A stretch of DNA of 64,000 bases from contig JAHJTE010000002.1 in assembly GCA_018830005.1 (NCBI GenBank), positions 331,809 to 395,808 of the forward strand, written 5' to 3'. Source of the DNA: Candidatus Omnitrophota bacterium (GTDB lineage Bacteria; Omnitrophota; Gorgyraeia; JAHJTE01). A model generated the notes under the pieces. The model was not told the DNA's origin and searched no databases. It saw only the letters and a program-made list of their open reading frames with translations. A program made the translations under genes and the position numbers. Below, one piece after another: positions 60,214 to 64,000 of the stretch (the first letter of the stretch is position 1; each line of letters starts with the position of its first letter).

Positions 60214-60801
60214 TCATCGGGAAAGAGGACGAAAACTCAACCTATGAATAGAACAAGGACCAAACTTCCTGATTGCCGCAAGATGGGTCTTTGTCGCATA
60301 ACCTTTATGAAATTTAAATCCGTATTTTGGATATACCTTATGATAAAGCTCCATTATCCGATCGCGGATTACCTTGGCGATAATAGAGGCGGCAGCAATT
60401 GTTATACTCTTGCTATCTCCACCGATGATCTTTTTCGATGGTATATCTACTTCCAAATCCATATTGCCGTCAATAAGAAGAAAGTCAGCCCTTACAGATA
60501 GATTAGCAAGCGCTCGCTGCATTGAAATCTTGCTTGCCTCTAAAATGTTAATATGGTCTATCGCTTTCTCATTGACAATCCCGATGCCGAAATCGCAATG
60601 TTTAATTAATTCATGATAAGCTAAGGTCCTTGCCTTTCTTGATAATTTTTTTGAATCGTCTATTCTATTTTTAAATCTCATCTTTTTAAGATGCACTGCG
60701 CAAGATACCACAGGACCAGCCAAGGTTCCACGGCCAACTTCATCTACTCCTGCAACAAACTTAAAACCTGAAAGCTTAGCCTTTCTTTCGTGATATCTCA
60801 T
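60214..60801 (-). CDS. rnhB: Ribonuclease HII
   Basis: GVDEVGRGTLAGPVV and DDSKKLS motifs. Confidence 0.9.
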   Translation of the reverse strand: MRYHERKAKLSGFKFVAGVDEVGRGTLAGPVVSCAVHLKKMRFKNRIDDSKKLSRKARTLAYHELIKHCDFGIGIVNEKAIDHINILEASKISMQRALANLSVRADFLLIDGNMDLEVDIPSKKIIGGDSKSITIAAASIIAKVIRDRIMELYHKVYPKYGFKFHKGYATKTHLAAIRKFGPCSIHRLSFRPLSR

Positions 60802-60817
60802 AATAAACTCTAAAGAT

Positions 60818-61159
60818 CTACCCTGCAGAACGAACCTTGGCGGCTTTACCTTTTCTTGCGCGTAGATAATATAATTTTGCGCGCCTTACCTTTCCTTTAT
60901 GCAACAGTTCTATTCTTTCCAGATTAGGGGAATTAATAGGAAATATCCTCTCCACGCCTTCTCCGTAAGAAATCTTGCGCAAGGTAAAGGTTTCAGAAAT
61001 ACCCTTTCCCTTTTTAGCAATAACTATGCCTTCAAAGGGATGTATGCGCACCTTACCTGCTTCCAAGACCTTTCCATACACCTTTAAAGTATCGCCGATA
61101 TTAAACTGCGGCAAGTCCTTTCTTAACTGCTTCTTCGTAAATTCTTCTAATCTTTTCAT
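60818..61159 (-). CDS. rplS: 50S ribosomal protein L19
   Basis: 113 aa with a …FNIGDTLKV…[10 protein letters not shown]… motif. Confidence 0.9.
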   Translation of the reverse strand: MKRLEEFTKKQLRKDLPQFNIGDTLKVYGKVLEAGKVRIHPFEGIVIAKKGKGISETFTLRKISYGEGVERIFPINSPNLERIELLHKGKVRRAKLYYLRARKGKAAKVRSAG

Positions 61160-61177
61160 TTCGCATCTCCGCTTTTT

Positions 61178-61870
61178 TTATTTTTGTTTTAAAAGGTCAG
61201 CCCTTTTCTTCTTTGTCTCTAACAACGCCTGCTTACGCCTCCAGTCTGCAATTGCCTTATGATCTCCTGAAAGCAACAATGCAGGCACCTTCATCTTTCT
61301 GAAATCTGCTGGTCGGGTATATTGAGGGTACTCTAGAATTCCGGACTCAAAACTCTCTTCCTTCAAAGATTCGCTTCTTCCTAAGACACCCGGCAGAAGA
61401 CGAACAACAGAATCAATTAACACCATTGCTGGTAATTCTCCACCCGTCAAGACATAATCTCCGATTGAAATCTCTTCATCAACCAGATATCCTTTTACCC
61501 TCTCATCCACTCCTTCATAATGACCGCAAATCAAAACAAGATGTTTAAATTTAGAAAGCTGCTTGGCTCTTTCTTGCGTTAACTTACGGCCTTGGGGCGA
61601 AAGCAATATTATCTTTCTTTTATCCTTCCTGACTTTATTCTTTTTGCATATTGCCTCCACAGCGCTAAAGATTGGCTGCGGACACATTACCATACCTGGA
61701 CCACCGCCAAAAGGACGATCATCAACCTTTTTGTGCTTATCTTCTGTATAATCCCTTATGTCATTAATACGTATCTTAACCTTGCCAGCGCGCTGGGCAC
61801 GTTTAAGTATTGATTCATTCAGAACTGCTGGGAAACTTGCAGGAAAAATAGTCAGGACGTCAATTAACAT
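61178..61870 (-). CDS. trmD: tRNA (guanine37-N1)-methyltransferase
   Basis: IDVLTIFP and [13 protein letters not shown] motifs. Confidence 0.9.
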   Translation of the reverse strand: MLIDVLTIFPASFPAVLNESILKRAQRAGKVKIRINDIRDYTEDKHKKVDDRPFGGGPGMVMCPQPIFSAVEAICKKNKVRKDKRKIILLSPQGRKLTQERAKQLSKFKHLVLICGHYEGVDERVKGYLVDEEISIGDYVLTGGELPAMVLIDSVVRLLPGVLGRSESLKEESFESGILEYPQYTRPADFRKMKVPALLLSGDHKAIADWRRKQALLETKKKRADLLKQK

Positions 61871-61876
61871 CGTAAT

Positions 61877-64000
<2,124 letters not shown>

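Overview
This window is a bacterial chromosomal segment that is AT-rich overall (about 30-35% GC by eye in the glycan region, about 40-50% in the CO-dehydrogenase genes). Every credible gene is on the minus strand; plus-strand ORFs in the track look like antisense artefacts. There are three functional blocks. (1) Coordinates 1-36091 form one very large, tightly coupled cell-surface glycan biosynthesis operon, with many 4-8 bp start/stop overlaps. It includes PseB/PseC-type nonulosonic-acid genes with a PseA-like amidotransferase and a methylase; GDP-heptose and ADP-heptose-type activation genes (HddA/HddC, GmhA, an inverted HldE-like fusion); an Fcl-like epimerase/reductase; DegT aminotransferases; a split transketolase; an ALS/YerE-like TPP enzyme; a pyruvate-dehydrogenase-E1 alpha/beta-like pair; a LeuA/NifV-family synthase; a class I aminotransferase; three cobalamin-binding (class B) radical SAM enzymes; two paralogous SPASM/twitch radical SAM enzymes; two GT2 polyprenyl-phosphate-sugar synthase-like genes; and three large GT-C-like membrane proteins, two of them a tandem duplication. 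A separate ManC gene lies just upstream. (2) Coordinates 37715-48581 hold housekeeping genes: trpC, trpD, trpG, murA, prmC, prfA, rpmE, rho, coaE, a Yip1-like membrane protein and polA. (3) Coordinates 49516-60156 hold a Wood-Ljungdahl (reductive acetyl-CoA) cluster: fhs, fchA, folD, metF, cooC, cooS/acsA, cooF, a FAD/NAD(P) oxidoreductase and acsB. No AcsCDE corrinoid or methyltransferase genes are in the window. After that come rnhB, rplS, trmD, tgt and a partial permease-EIIA fusion. I found no rRNA, tRNA, CRISPR array or transposase or integrase. The most novel-looking feature is the radical-SAM-rich and TPP-rich sugar-tailoring module inside the glycan operon, which points to a heavily C-branched and C-methylated heptose/nonulosonate glycan that I cannot map onto any described pathway.
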